From the IMG/VR virus record IMGVR_UViG_3300037493_004064, positions 1 to 64,000 of that record: a stretch of DNA of 64,000 nt; one strand, 5' to 3'. The DNA comes from a virus. The notes under the pieces were generated by a model. That model saw only the letters and a program-made list of their open reading frames with translations. It searched no databases and was not told the origin of the DNA. The translations under genes and the position numbers were made by a program. Positions 30,198-42,000 of the stretch are shown in pieces. Position 1 is the first letter of the stretch; each line of letters begins with the position of its first letter.

Positions 30198-30892
30198 CCC
30201 GTGTAACAACTGCTGTAATTGCCACTGCACCATCATTGGAGCCGGTGAGTGACTCCATTGACCGAAATACCACCTCAGCATTAGTGGCGTCTGTATCTAC
30301 TATCATCGGGCAAAATCCGCTCCTTACTACTCAATATCCAAACTGGCAGAATCTTGGATATCAAACTATCTCTCTAAATGGATCGGGCAGTGCCCCATAT
30401 ACCGTAGTTGTTGGTAAGTTCGGACTGAGTCCGGCCCAACTTGAAAATGCCGGTATACTAAAGTTCGGGTCAGCCGCTCTTATTATAAAGTTGGTGAATG
30501 CCGGAAAAGCAGTTGACAAAGTAATGACACCCAACATGTTCACTGGAAAGGGCGGGGTGCATTCCCTTCTGGCTCTGGTAAATAGTATATCAGCACAAAC
30601 TATGGTTATGGTTGCAAACCTTAGACAGTCTCAGTCAGCACTCGCATCTGCTGGAGTATTAACTGGGGGAGAAGACCCGACTCAAATATCCGGTCTGGTA
30701 ATGTCCGGTGCCACAGTTGGTGTTGCTGCCACAGTTGATTTCGTCAAGAACTCCACTAAACCATCTGCTCTTGCAACGATAACGCAGACACTCGGGCAGA
30801 CGATTAATAGAAATCTACTCGCTACTTTTCCGAGCACTGGGCGAGCATTTGGTGGAACATCTTCTACTGGAATAGGGAGTAACTCAGGATAA
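30194..30892 (+). CDS. Hypothetical virion-associated protein
   Basis: 232 aa coupled to gp5 by an ATGA overlap. Contains VGKFGLSPAQLENAGILK. Confidence 0.65.
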   Translation: MTRVTTAVIATAPSLEPVSDSIDRNTTSALVASVSTIIGQNPLLTTQYPNWQNLGYQTISLNGSGSAPYTVVVGKFGLSPAQLENAGILKFGSAALIIKLVNAGKAVDKVMTPNMFTGKGGVHSLLALVNSISAQTMVMVANLRQSQSALASAGVLTGGEDPTQISGLVMSGATVGVAATVDFVKNSTKPSALATITQTLGQTINRNLLATFPSTGRAFGGTSSTGIGSNSG

Positions 30893-32094
30893 TGCCAACT
30901 ATGCCCACACTTAACTCATTAGTCGGTAGCGCAGCCACCGCAATCTCTTCTGGTTCATACGCAGGCGTCACGGCAGCGGTTGTCACAGGTGGAGTTGGTT
31001 CCATTGCCGCAGGCGTTGGTGCCCTTAGTTCTTCGCTGAAAATACCATCACTACCAGGATTACCGTCCATGCCAGGTTTGCCAACGCTGCCAGGATTACC
31101 ATCTTTGCCGAGTATACCCGGCCTGCCATCTATGCCATCTCTTGATCTAAAGCAGGGAGTAACCGGTGCTGCATTTTCATCAATTTTAACTAATTGGGGA
31201 GAGTTTAAACCTGGAGTAGTCCAAGATTTAGAGAAAATTGCAGCCGATAAGACAGCGGCTATGACAAAAGCCGATGGGTCCCTCTCTGGTGCCGCAGGGG
31301 GATTGGTCGGATCAGTTACTGGTGCAGTCAGCGGTGCAGTTAAATCAGTGACAGGCGCCATTAGTGGAATTGCTTCTAAAGTAACAGGTGCCGCAACAGC
31401 ATCTGGTTCGTTTGCGTCAGGTATTGCCAGTGGAATAAATGCTATCCCTGGTGGTCAAAAAGCCATTTCAATCTCGGTAAACAATGCCGTGGGTGCTCTG
31501 AATAACATTCCTGGGACAGCCGGAATAACTGCTGCCATTGGAAATCCTACTGCCACTGCTGACCTGTTGGCAAGTGTTAAGGCAAGCGGCAGCACATTAT
31601 CAGCAGCGGCTCTAACTGGAAAATTTTCTTTACCAACTCTTCCTAACCTATCGCAGGGTCTACCACAGGGCATGTCAGCATCAGCCATGACAGCATTAAC
31701 GGCGTCTTTTGGTAGTTCAGGTTTAATTGGGTTGCCAAAGACTGCATTTGACACCGCCGCAACTAGAGGAGCCATAGCGGCCGCTATGGGAGGTCAGTTA
31801 GGACCGGGCATTCAAGTGCCTAACTACTCTGGCAATCCAGCAACATTCATGAAAATGCCGTCCGATGAGGAAGCCAAGAAGTATAACGAGAACAAAGAAC
31901 TCATTGCCCAGGCAACTGATGAGGCGTTTGCTCAGGCCGTGGTGATGCGTAATGCTCTTGCTGCATACGAAAAGGCAAAGAATGAACTCCCTCAGGGAGA
32001 TGCACAAATTGATGCAGATAAGGCAACTTGGCTTGCGGAAATGGCAAAACTAACTGCCCTTGAGAAGAAGGTTGCTGATTTACGAGCAGCATAA
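30892..32094 (+). CDS. Hypothetical Ala/Gly/Ser-rich protein with (L/M/I)-P-X repeats
   Basis: 400 aa, TAATG-coupled. Contains IPSLPGLPSMPGLPTLPGLPSLPSIPGLPSMPS and a C-terminal coiled coil. Confidence 0.7.
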   Translation: MPTMPTLNSLVGSAATAISSGSYAGVTAAVVTGGVGSIAAGVGALSSSLKIPSLPGLPSMPGLPTLPGLPSLPSIPGLPSMPSLDLKQGVTGAAFSSILTNWGEFKPGVVQDLEKIAADKTAAMTKADGSLSGAAGGLVGSVTGAVSGAVKSVTGAISGIASKVTGAATASGSFASGIASGINAIPGGQKAISISVNNAVGALNNIPGTAGITAAIGNPTATADLLASVKASGSTLSAAALTGKFSLPTLPNLSQGLPQGMSASAMTALTASFGSSGLIGLPKTAFDTAATRGAIAAAMGGQLGPGIQVPNYSGNPATFMKMPSDEEAKKYNENKELIAQATDEAFAQAVVMRNALAAYEKAKNELPQGDAQIDADKATWLAEMAKLTALEKKVADLRAA

Positions 32095-32101
32095 ATACCA
32101 T

Positions 32102-32551
32102 ATGCCTACATTCATTGGATTTTCTACTATCAACGCCAACAAACCGCGTTCAACATATCTTCAACCAGGTCCCGCTGGTGGTACTGGTAGTGTTGTGGCG
32201 CCAATAATCTATGGCAAAAAGACCACTCTGGTAGATGAAAAACTAGTCATCCAAGATTTTGTAAATGCGCTAAATATACCTCAGGGACAAAAAGTAGGTA
32301 ATCCTGCGTATGGAACCACTCTTTGGACGTTTGTGTTTGAACCCAATACCGCTGATGTTCAGTTTCAACTTGAGAACGAATTGCGCCGTGTGGCAAACCT
32401 TGACTCTCGGCTCATCTTAAATTCCATAAATGCTTACACTCAGGAAAACGGTATTCTACTTGAAGTAGAACTTGCTGTGGCGCCCTTTAATAATGCTCAG
32501 TCAGTGAGTATTTTCTTCAACAATTTCGACAACACGGCCTCAATTCAATAA
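32102..32551 (+). CDS. gp25: Baseplate wedge subunit (gp25-like)
   Basis: LVIQDFVNALNIPQGQKVGNPAYGTTLWTFVFEP...DSRL. Start set at ATG 32102, just after CATAAATA (32090-32097). Confidence 0.85.
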   Translation: MPTFIGFSTINANKPRSTYLQPGPAGGTGSVVAPIIYGKKTTLVDEKLVIQDFVNALNIPQGQKVGNPAYGTTLWTFVFEPNTADVQFQLENELRRVANLDSRLILNSINAYTQENGILLEVELAVAPFNNAQSVSIFFNNFDNTASIQ

Positions 32552-32573
32552 CCAAACGGGGTTTTTGGTTTAG

Positions 32574-32581
32574 TATAAATA
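32574..32581 (+). promoter_or_regulatory. T4-type late promoter TATAAATA
   Basis: Perfect consensus upstream of the gp6-like gene. Confidence 0.7.
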
Positions 32582-32600
32582 CTCTATTACAAGAGAAAAC

Positions 32601-32714
32601 TTCAATATAGGACCACAATCATCCGCTATTTGTCCGTATTGTGAAAAAGAAGGTGGAGTATCAAACATGAAACGATATCATTTCAATAACTGCAAGCAGA
32701 AAGTAGGAGTATAA
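32601..32714 (+). pseudogene. Remnant 3' end of a homing-endonuclease-like gene
   Basis: Start-less frame ...GPQSSAICPYCEKEGGVSNMKRYHFNNCKQKVGV*. Its TAA overlaps the gp6 ATG. Confidence 0.6.
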
Positions 32715-35700
32715 TGGCGACCTCCAGCAGACAATCCTCATTATTCGGTGTAAATGACTGGAAGGCCATTTACCAGACGTTTCGTGAAGCAGATTTTCGT
32801 TCGTATGATTACGAAACGCTGCGTAAGAGTTTCATTGACTATCTTCGCGCTTATTATCCGGAGACATTCAACGACTATATTGAGAGTTCTGAGTTCATTG
32901 CCCTACTTGATGTCATGGCATTCATGGGTCAAGGGCTGGCATTTAGAAACGATCTGAACACCCGTGAAAATTTCATTGATACTGCGGAACGCCGAGATTC
33001 AGTTGTCAAGCTGGCCAATCTTGTAAGTTACACCTCCAAGAGAAATCTAGCCGGTCAAGGCTACCTAAAGGTCACCAGCATAAAGACCACACAGAACATC
33101 AATGACCTCAATGGATTGAACCTGTCAAATCTTCCTATTCTATGGAACGATCCTGCTAACCCTAACTGGCTTGCACAATACAACACAGTTGTTAACGCCG
33201 CGCTGACAAATACTCAGCGTGTTGGTCACCCTGGTAACTCGGCGCAACTTCTTGGAATTAAGACCGATGAGTATGCCATCAGCATCCCGTCAACTACACA
33301 ACCAGTCGTCCCGTTCACATCCTCAATCAACGGCACCACGATGAACTTTGAGTTATGTAGTGTGACCAGTGTAGGAACTGACTATGTGTATGAACTACCA
33401 CCTGGACCAACCAGCCAGTTCAACATGCTCTATCGCAACGACAAGTTAGGATACGGCAGCCCTAACACCGGCTTCTTCTTCTACTTCAAGCAGGGTCAAC
33501 TACAGAACTACACGTTCAATCTGGCCCAACAGATTTCCAACCAGGTTGTTGACATTGACATTCAGGGCATCAACAATACTGATACATGGCTATATCAACT
33601 TAGTTCTTCAAACGGTGCTCCGACTCTATGGAAGCAAGTTGAGAATGTATATGCCGATGCCTATCTCCAGACAGAATCAAGCATCCGGAGGATCTTCTCT
33701 GTAGTTTCCAGATTCAATGATCAGGTAAGTTACACATTTGGTGACGGAGTATTCTCGGTCATCCCAGTTGGCACCTTCCGCGCGTATGTTCGTGCAGGTA
33801 ATGCCCTGACGTACACCATTGACCCTACTGAGATGCAGGGCATCAGCGTCAATATTCCATACACAAGTCGCGTTGGTCGACAAGAAACGTTGACGATGAC
33901 CTTGGCGCTTACGTCACCGGTTTCAAACGCCCTTGCCAGAGAATCTATTGCTGATATCAAGCAACGTGCCCCGACTCGTTACTATACACAGAACCGTATG
34001 GTCAACGGCGAAGATTACAACAACTTCCCGTATACCCTTTATAGTTCCATTATCAAGAGTAAGGCAGTGAACCGCAGTTCAGTTGGTGTCTCCAGGAACT
34101 TTGACTTATTGGATCCTACTGGTAAGTATTCCAGCACCAACTCATTTGCCAATGACGGCGGCATATATCAGAACGGTGCTGACGGAACTGAACTGCTAAG
34201 AGTATCAAACAGTGGTGACATTCGCGCCTTCCTTTCAAATAAACTAACAGTTATCCTCGGTGGTAACAGAGCCACACAATACTATCTACAGAATTTTCCG
34301 AGATATAGCATCAACTCTGCATCCGGTGATGGCACCGTATATTGGCAAGGATGCACTGTGGACGCAAATAGTTTAACTGGATATTTCTATAACATCAATA
34401 TAAGCGGAAACGTTCCAATTGCCACCGGTGTGTTCTCCACTCATAACATCAAGTATCTGACTAAGGGCGCCATGATAAAGTTTGAGGCGCCACCTGGCAA
34501 ATACTTTGACAAGAATAACCGCCTTGTTTCAGGGATTGCCTCCCCGTCAGACACCACGCTTATTTGGATTACCGTGTTAAATGTAATCGGAGATGGATAC
34601 AATAATGGCGACGGGGCATTTACCAATGGCACCGGTCCGATCACTCTTAATGGATACGTGCCCACTGGTGCTGTCCTCACCCAAGTTATACCGTCGTTTG
34701 ACAATACACTGCCGGATTCCTTGATTCAAGAATGTGTGACCAGAATGGAACTTCAACAGAACTTCTCTCTGTTATTCAACAACGCCCTGACCATTGCACA
34801 AGACCGTTGGAGCATAGATACATATGACGCCACTGGATGGTTCGTAAACTTCCAGGCTAAGTCGGGTACCAATGAATACACCATATATTATCACAGCCTG
34901 GCATATTTCTTTGGTAGTGTCGCAGATACTCGATTCTCCTTTGAAACCGGTAAACTTGTGTTTGATCCGGTAAGCGGACGAATTCTTCAGGACTTTGTTA
35001 AGGTGCTTACCTCAAATACACAACCAACTTCTAACTATCCACTGAGTGCTGATATCATGGCAAGTATCATTGGTCAGACTGTTGAGGCCGATGGATATGT
35101 AAATGACTTTCAAGTTGAGATTGCAAGCATCGATGTCAATGACAGAACCGTGGTGACCAATCCGGATTTCTTTAATGTAATCACCGGATATCAAGTTGGT
35201 AATACAAATATTGGTGTGTATGCCTTCTTCATAACAATTGAAGATGCCATTAAACTCACCAGAGAACAACTGATTGCTTCTTCCTCAGTTAGTTATCAAT
35301 ACGCCACATCAAATCAAATAGAAGTGGTGAAATATGATTACCCAGTGGGGCAGTTATTCTATGCCTATTCGGATAATAAGTTTTATGCATCAGTGCAGGA
35401 TCATACCGTGCTTACTCCGTACTATACTTTAGTGGAGCAACCACAATACTCAATGAAGGCAGGTCGACAGGGTCTGGCTTTCCAGTATAGACATAACTCT
35501 AACAACACCACCCGTATTGACCCAGCGACTACGAACATCATTGATTTGTATGTGGTTACACAAGCATACTATACTGCTTATCGTAATTGGATTCAGGATA
35601 CAACAAATACGGTGATCAAACCGAATCGACCAACAATAAACGAGTTGAATCAGGCATATAGCAAAGTGCAGGACTATAAGATGTTGAGTGATTCAGTCAT

Positions 35701-36088
35701 TCTAAATAGTGTGACGTTTAAGCCATTGTTCGGTAATAAAGCGGATCCGGCTCTTCGCGCCACTATCAAAGTTATCAAGGCGCAAAAGACTGACGCCAGC
35801 GACAGCGAAATAAGAAGCGCCACACTGACAGCAATGAATACCTATTTTGACATCAATAACTGGAACTTCGGAGATACTTTTTACTTCTCCGAACTTAGCG
35901 CATACCTACACGATCAGGTGGGTGAACTCGTCAGTTCAGTTGTATTGGTACCAAACGATCCTACAATGTCGTTCGGTGATCTGTACGAAATAAAATCGTC
36001 TCCATATGAAATATTTGTTAACGGAGCCACAGCATCTAATATTGTTGTGATTGCAGCGTTGACACCGGTCGAACTACAAATAAGATGA
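32714..36088 (+). CDS. gp6: Baseplate wedge protein (gp6-like)
   Basis: DYETLRKSFIDYLR...FNDYIESSEFIALLD...ENFIDTAERRDSVVKLA, FGDG and QNRMVNGEDY. Confidence 0.9.
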   Translation: MATSSRQSSLFGVNDWKAIYQTFREADFRSYDYETLRKSFIDYLRAYYPETFNDYIESSEFIALLDVMAFMGQGLAFRNDLNTRENFIDTAERRDSVVKLANLVSYTSKRNLAGQGYLKVTSIKTTQNINDLNGLNLSNLPILWNDPANPNWLAQYNTVVNAALTNTQRVGHPGNSAQLLGIKTDEYAISIPSTTQPVVPFTSSINGTTMNFELCSVTSVGTDYVYELPPGPTSQFNMLYRNDKLGYGSPNTGFFFYFKQGQLQNYTFNLAQQISNQVVDIDIQGINNTDTWLYQLSSSNGAPTLWKQVENVYADAYLQTESSIRRIFSVVSRFNDQVSYTFGDGVFSVIPVGTFRAYVRAGNALTYTIDPTEMQGISVNIPYTSRVGRQETLTMTLALTSPVSNALARESIADIKQRAPTRYYTQNRMVNGEDYNNFPYTLYSSIIKSKAVNRSSVGVSRNFDLLDPTGKYSSTNSFANDGGIYQNGADGTELLRVSNSGDIRAFLSNKLTVILGGNRATQYYLQNFPRYSINSASGDGTVYWQGCTVDANSLTGYFYNINISGNVPIATGVFSTHNIKYLTKGAMIKFEAPPGKYFDKNNRLVSGIASPSDTTLIWITVLNVIGDGYNNGDGAFTNGTGPITLNGYVPTGAVLTQVIPSFDNTLPDSLIQECVTRMELQQNFSLLFNNALTIAQDRWSIDTYDATGWFVNFQAKSGTNEYTIYYHSLAYFFGSVADTRFSFETGKLVFDPVSGRILQDFVKVLTSNTQPTSNYPLSADIMASIIGQTVEADGYVNDFQVEIASIDVNDRTVVTNPDFFNVITGYQVGNTNIGVYAFFITIEDAIKLTREQLIASSSVSYQYATSNQIEVVKYDYPVGQLFYAYSDNKFYASVQDHTVLTPYYTLVEQPQYSMKAGRQGLAFQYRHNSNNTTRIDPATTNIIDLYVVTQAYYTAYRNWIQDTTNTVIKPNRPTINELNQAYSKVQDYKMLSDSVILNSVTFKPLFGNKADPALRATIKVIKAQKTDASDSEIRSATLTAMNTYFDINNWNFGDTFYFSELSAYLHDQVGELVSSVVLVPNDPTMSFGDLYEIKSSPYEIFVNGATASNIVVIAALTPVELQIR

Positions 36089-36095
36089 GATAAAC

Positions 36096-39000
36096 ATGGC
36101 ACCAAGAATCAGGACATTAAACTTTCTTCCGGATATTTTCAGAACACCGACGAACTCGCAATTCCTACGCGCAACATTGGATCAGGTTGTTGACCAACCT
36201 AACATTCAACGAGTTGAAGGATACATAGGTAGCAAGTTGGGATACGGTATTAATGCCAAGGACAAGTATGTAACGGAACCAACTAAGGTTCGCACAGATT
36301 ATCAACTGGCACCTGGCGTCACCTTCCTGAAAAATAACACTAGCACTGCTCAGGACTTCATCAGTTATCCTGGTATCATTGATGCAATCAAAGTGGAAGG
36401 AGGGCTAACCAATGACAACTCACGATTATTCACCGGTGAGTTTTATTCATGGGACTCTTTCACAAATCTTGACAAGATCATAAACTTCAATCAATATTAC
36501 TGGTTGCCAACTGGTCCGCAGGCCGTGATCATTGATGCTGCCACAGTATATTCCGCCACAGACTACATTGTTGACAGTGTGGTAAATGGGTATAACATTT
36601 ATTCCGGTACTGGCTCGCATGGAGCAACAAATCCAACTCTTACCCTGTTGCGCGGTGGCACTTACACTTTTGCTGTAAATCAGAATAGTCAGTTCTGGAT
36701 TCAGGGCGAACCTGGTATTACTGGCTTCTCGCACACACAACCTAATATGCAGACAAGAGATGTATATGGTGTGTCAAACAATGGAGCCGAGACTGGTGTT
36801 GTCACCTTTACTGTCCCGAGTAAAACGGCTCAGGACTACTACAACTTTCCAGGAAATAACCTTGTTGATGTGGTATCTACATTAGGATTTGGGCAGGTCA
36901 ACGGTCGCCGTCTATCTGAGATAGGCGGGAGCATAGACGGCATCACCTCATTGGATGGGCTGACATTGATGTTCTATAATGGTCTGTCAGACGAGATTGC
37001 TAATTTCGGTGCATACGATGTACAGGAATTTGATCAAAACAATATTTGGATGAATGTAAGTTTTGATGATGATGGAATGATTTACCAACCAGTGAGTAGT
37101 TGGTTCTTTCAAATTCACTTCCTGTCGAACCCAGAAAATCCAAGTGATCCAATTATTCAACTTGTTCCTGTGTCGTCTATTCCTACTGACGAAAAGATTA
37201 CTGCAACGTATGGAACTCAATGGGTAAATAGGAACTTCTTCAGAGACACATACGGATACATTGAATTGATCCCTTATATCAGTGCTCCGTTGAACACACT
37301 CTACTACCAAGACGGCACCACCGGCAATAAGGTCGGTGTCATCAAATTGATTGAGAGCAACACCACAAATACTCTTAACATATTGGATATTATAGGTAAA
37401 AAGACCTACACTTCGCCGAGCGGCGTGGTGTTCACCAATGGACTAAAGGTTATGTTCCAAGGTGCCATATACCCGACCAGTTACAAGAACAATGAATACT
37501 ATGTTGAGGGAGTTGGAACTGCCATTGAATTAATACTGGTGAATGACCTTGTGGTCCCGGAATTGTTCTCTGCTGGATCGTATATTCCGTATGATTCAAC
37601 TGCGTATGACATTGGTAACTTTGACAGTCAACTATACGTGCCTGTTGACCAAGACTATATTACAATCTCACGAAACGCCATTAACAAGAATGCATGGTCC
37701 AGAAGCAACAGGTGGTTCCACATTGATGTGATTAATGCCACAGCAGTTTACAACAATGATCCTGCTTTGGCAAATGTTGCCACACACGAAAACAAAGCGA
37801 AACGCCCGATCATCGAGTTCTATCCTAACCTTGCCATGTTTGATGCCGGCACATTTGGAAAGAACCCAATTGATTTCTTTGACTTCAGAACAACGGATGC
37901 TCTCACTTATGTCTCCGGACAACAACAATACTATCCTGACGTTGAAGTATACACGGACTATACTGGTGTAATTGCAGCAGTTACTGGAACATCAACTACT
38001 ATTACGTTGGATAATAGTGCAATTCACGGAACCTTAGTCATTGGGCAATATGTTGCCGATTCAGAATCTGTTCTTCCTGAAAATACGCAGATTTCTTTAG
38101 TCGAAGTGTTAGGCCCAACAACAACAATCACATTGGAATGGGAGACATCAACTACCGTTTTGACAACATCCGGTGTCTCTCTAATTGCGACCACTACCAC
38201 GGTGGATAACTACGCTCTATTCGACGGAGCCCGAGTGGTGTTCGCCGCCGATACAAACTTGACAGTGAGAAATAAGATTTTCGTGGCAAACTTCTCAACT
38301 GTCTCCGGAACTACCCCAGTTATTACTTTGACTGAGGCAGAAGACGGTGCCGTGATCGCCAGTGAACAAACTGTGGCATATCGTGGATACAATTATGCCG
38401 GGGAAACGTTCTTCTTCAATGGCCTCTCTTGGGAATACGGTCAGCAGAAGATAAGCGTCAATCAACCACCATTGTTTGATGTGTTCGATGGGAATGACCT
38501 TAGTTTTTCCGATCAAACAATTTATCTTGGGTCGTCGTTCAAGGGTTCTAAGTTATTTTCTTATAGGCTTGGATCCGGACTCAACGACTCTGTATTGGGC
38601 TTCCCAGTAAGATATAGTTCAGTTGATAACATCGGTGATATAAGTTTTGATGTGAGCATCAATCTTGATTCCTTTTCGTATGTTGCCGGAACCACACCTG
38701 AAACAAAGAAAGTTAATACAGGGTATGTGTTTAACTACTCATCACCATCTGCACATGTTCGCCAGTTAGGTTGGCATACTGCCATTGCACCGAGCGTTCA
38801 ATATCAGGCGTTTGAGTTTGCTTACTCTGCCCAGACACCAACTACCACATACATTTGCGACATACCAATGACAGCACAGACTGCCAACTCGTGGCCGTCG
38901 ATACAAGTATATCTGAACAATGTTTTCCAAGTTGATTCGGCTTACTCGGTCGTGGTGACGGATGTTACCACTGTTACTTTTGTAAACCCTGAACCATTGA

Positions 39001-42000
39001 TTGACAACGTAATCCAGATTCTGCTGCTGAGTGATCAAGTAAGTGCCAATGCCTACTACACTCTTCCTATCAATCTAAGCAACAATCCGCTGAACGCAGA
39101 TGTTACCGTGGTAAACATCGGTGACATTCGTGGTCAATATCAGAGTATCTTCTACAATGCCCCGGGCCTTACTGGCTTAGTATTCGGATCTAACAACTAC
39201 CGAGACTCCGGAGATTTAGTTCCATACGGTTCCTCTATTATTCAGAATAGCGCGTCACTGGTGCTCCCAGGAACGTTCCTTCGTAAGCAGAATCATAATC
39301 TATTCCATGCGTTGATGTTCAACAGCCGAGAGTATATCACTTACAAAACACTATTAGTTGATACCATTAACAATACAGAATATTCTGTGTTCCAATCAGC
39401 GGCCGCGATGCTCGATGACGCATTTGATCAGATCACCGCAGTTAAGTCCGGAACCGATACTTTCTTCTGGAGCGATATGCTTCCGGCGAAGGCATCCTAT
39501 ATATCAAACACTTATCTCTTTGCAAACTCACTTGATGTAAGTATCTACCCTCTGAGCAGGATCTATGACTTTACCAAGGCCAACTACTACGGTGTTCTTG
39601 TCTACCTGAAAAGGACCATCGGCGGGTTCCTACAGACAATTCAGTTAATTAAGGGGACTGATTATTCAGTGTCAACAGATACACCGTCATTAACTATAAC
39701 TCTGGACCTGGCACCAGGTGACGAGATTGTAATCAAAGAATACACACAAACATATGGCAGTTATGTTCCTAATACTCCAACTAAGTTGGGGCTGTATCCT
39801 GCCACTATTCCGACAGTTTATTTGGATACCTCATATACCACGCCGACATACTTCATCGTCGGTCACGACGGATCTTACAATAAGTTATACGGTGACTATG
39901 ACGAAAACACCGGTCGTCTGATTGATTTCAGAGACCAGGTTCTATTGGAGTTTGAGAAGCGCATCTATAACAACCTGAAACTGAGCAATGTCATACCTAT
40001 TCAGGAATATGAGGTCTTGCCTGGATTCTTCCGTGATACCGGATATAGTTACTCGGAAATCCTACAGATTTACTCAGAGAGTTTCCTAAACTGGGTCGGT
40101 CAAAACAGGATCGATTACAAAACTCAGCACTACATGGCCAACGATGAGTTCACGTATAACTACCGTAACTCCGGCAACAAGATAAACAATGCTCCGATTG
40201 AGCAAGGTTTTTGGCGCGGGGCTTATGAGTATTTTTACGACACAAGTTCTCCTGAGTTAACTCCTTGGGAAATGCTCGGCTTCACCAGCCAACCATCATG
40301 GTGGGAAACTCGCTATGGCCCGATGCCATACACCAGCGACAATTTGGTTCTATGGGGCGACCTTGCCCAAGGTATAAACTGGAACAACGGCGACCCAGTA
40401 GTGATTCCTCAGGCAGTGCGTCCTGAGTTACTACAGGTTCTGCCAGTTGACACTGCTGGCAATCTTGTTTCTCCATTTGTCTCATTAGTTGGTAACTACA
40501 CTAACCAGACGTTCATTCACGATTGGGCAGTTGGTGATGTTGGGCCGGCAGAGTTTAGTTATCGCCGTAGTAGTTCATGGCCGTTTGATCTGATGCGTAT
40601 TCTGGCCCTGACAAAACCGGCAGCGTTCTTCAATCTTGCTGTGGACGTTGACAACTACAAATACAATGCAGAATTCGACCAGTATCTGGTCAATGATCGT
40701 AGTCACCTTGTAATCAGTGACGTTGAAATATATGGATCCGGTACACCAAAAACAAGTTATATCAACTGGGTCGTTGATTATGAGAAGCAACTTGGAATAG
40801 ACGCCACTCAACAAATCACTGACCTGTTGAGCAATCTTGATGTCAGGTTGGTCTATCGTGTCGCCGGATTCAGTGATAAGAACATGTTGAAGTTCTATGT
40901 GGAGAAGGGAACACCGAATAGCAACAATAGTTCATTGTTGATCCCTGATGAAAGTTACGCTGTGCTGCTTTACGACAACCAACCGTTCAATCGGGTTGTT
41001 TACAGTAGCGTGGCCATCCAGATTATACCACGCGGTGGATACAAGATTTTTGGTAACTCCCAGACAAACGCATACTTCAGCGTGATCAAACCTAAGATCA
41101 ATGGGAACTACGAACAGGTTCAGATTGACAATCTTAGTGTTCAAGTGGCAAACGACTATTATGACACAGAAATGGTAATACCTTACGGCACAGAGTTTTA
41201 CTCTGTCCAAGAGGTTGCCCAGTTCCTTGCAAGTTATGGACGATATCTCCAATCTCAGGGTATGGTCTTCGACAAGATTGAAAATGGACTGGAGATCACC
41301 TGGGTTCAGATGGTTTCCGAGTTTCTATACTGGGCACAAACTGGTTGGGAAGCCGGCAGCATCATCAACGTCAATCCAGCTGCTAAACTTCTGACCATTA
41401 ATAAGGACAGTAATATTGTTCAGCCGCTTACTCTGCAACAACAGAACTTTGTGTTGAATCAAAATCTGTATCCAATCCAGTCAATTGATCTGGCTGTGGT
41501 GCGAGACGGGACTCTGTTCTCTGCTGAACCATTGAACGAGGGCGATACCATCTCCTATGGCACCTTCAACATCAGCAACATTGAACATGGCATTGTATTT
41601 GATAATGTAACAGTGTTTAATGATGTCATCTATAATCTGACAACTGGACTGCGACAAGACCGAATCATAGTTCGTGGTAGCAAGACCGCCGACTGGACCG
41701 GTGTAATCGACGCCCAAGGCTTCATACTCAATCAGGACAACATCGCTGATTGGAGCAATACAACTAAGTATACTACTGGATCTATTGTAAAATACAAGAA
41801 CAAATACTGGATTGCCATTGAGATTGTTCAGGCACAAGAGAAGTTTGACGAAACGCAATGGAAGCGCACTGACTACAATGAGATTCAGAAGGGCCTGCTG
41901 CCTAACTCCAGCACACGCTCATATGAGAGCACCCTGTATTACAATATCAACGTTGCCAATCTGGAAAAAGATGCCGATTTACTGAGTTTCTCCCTCATTG

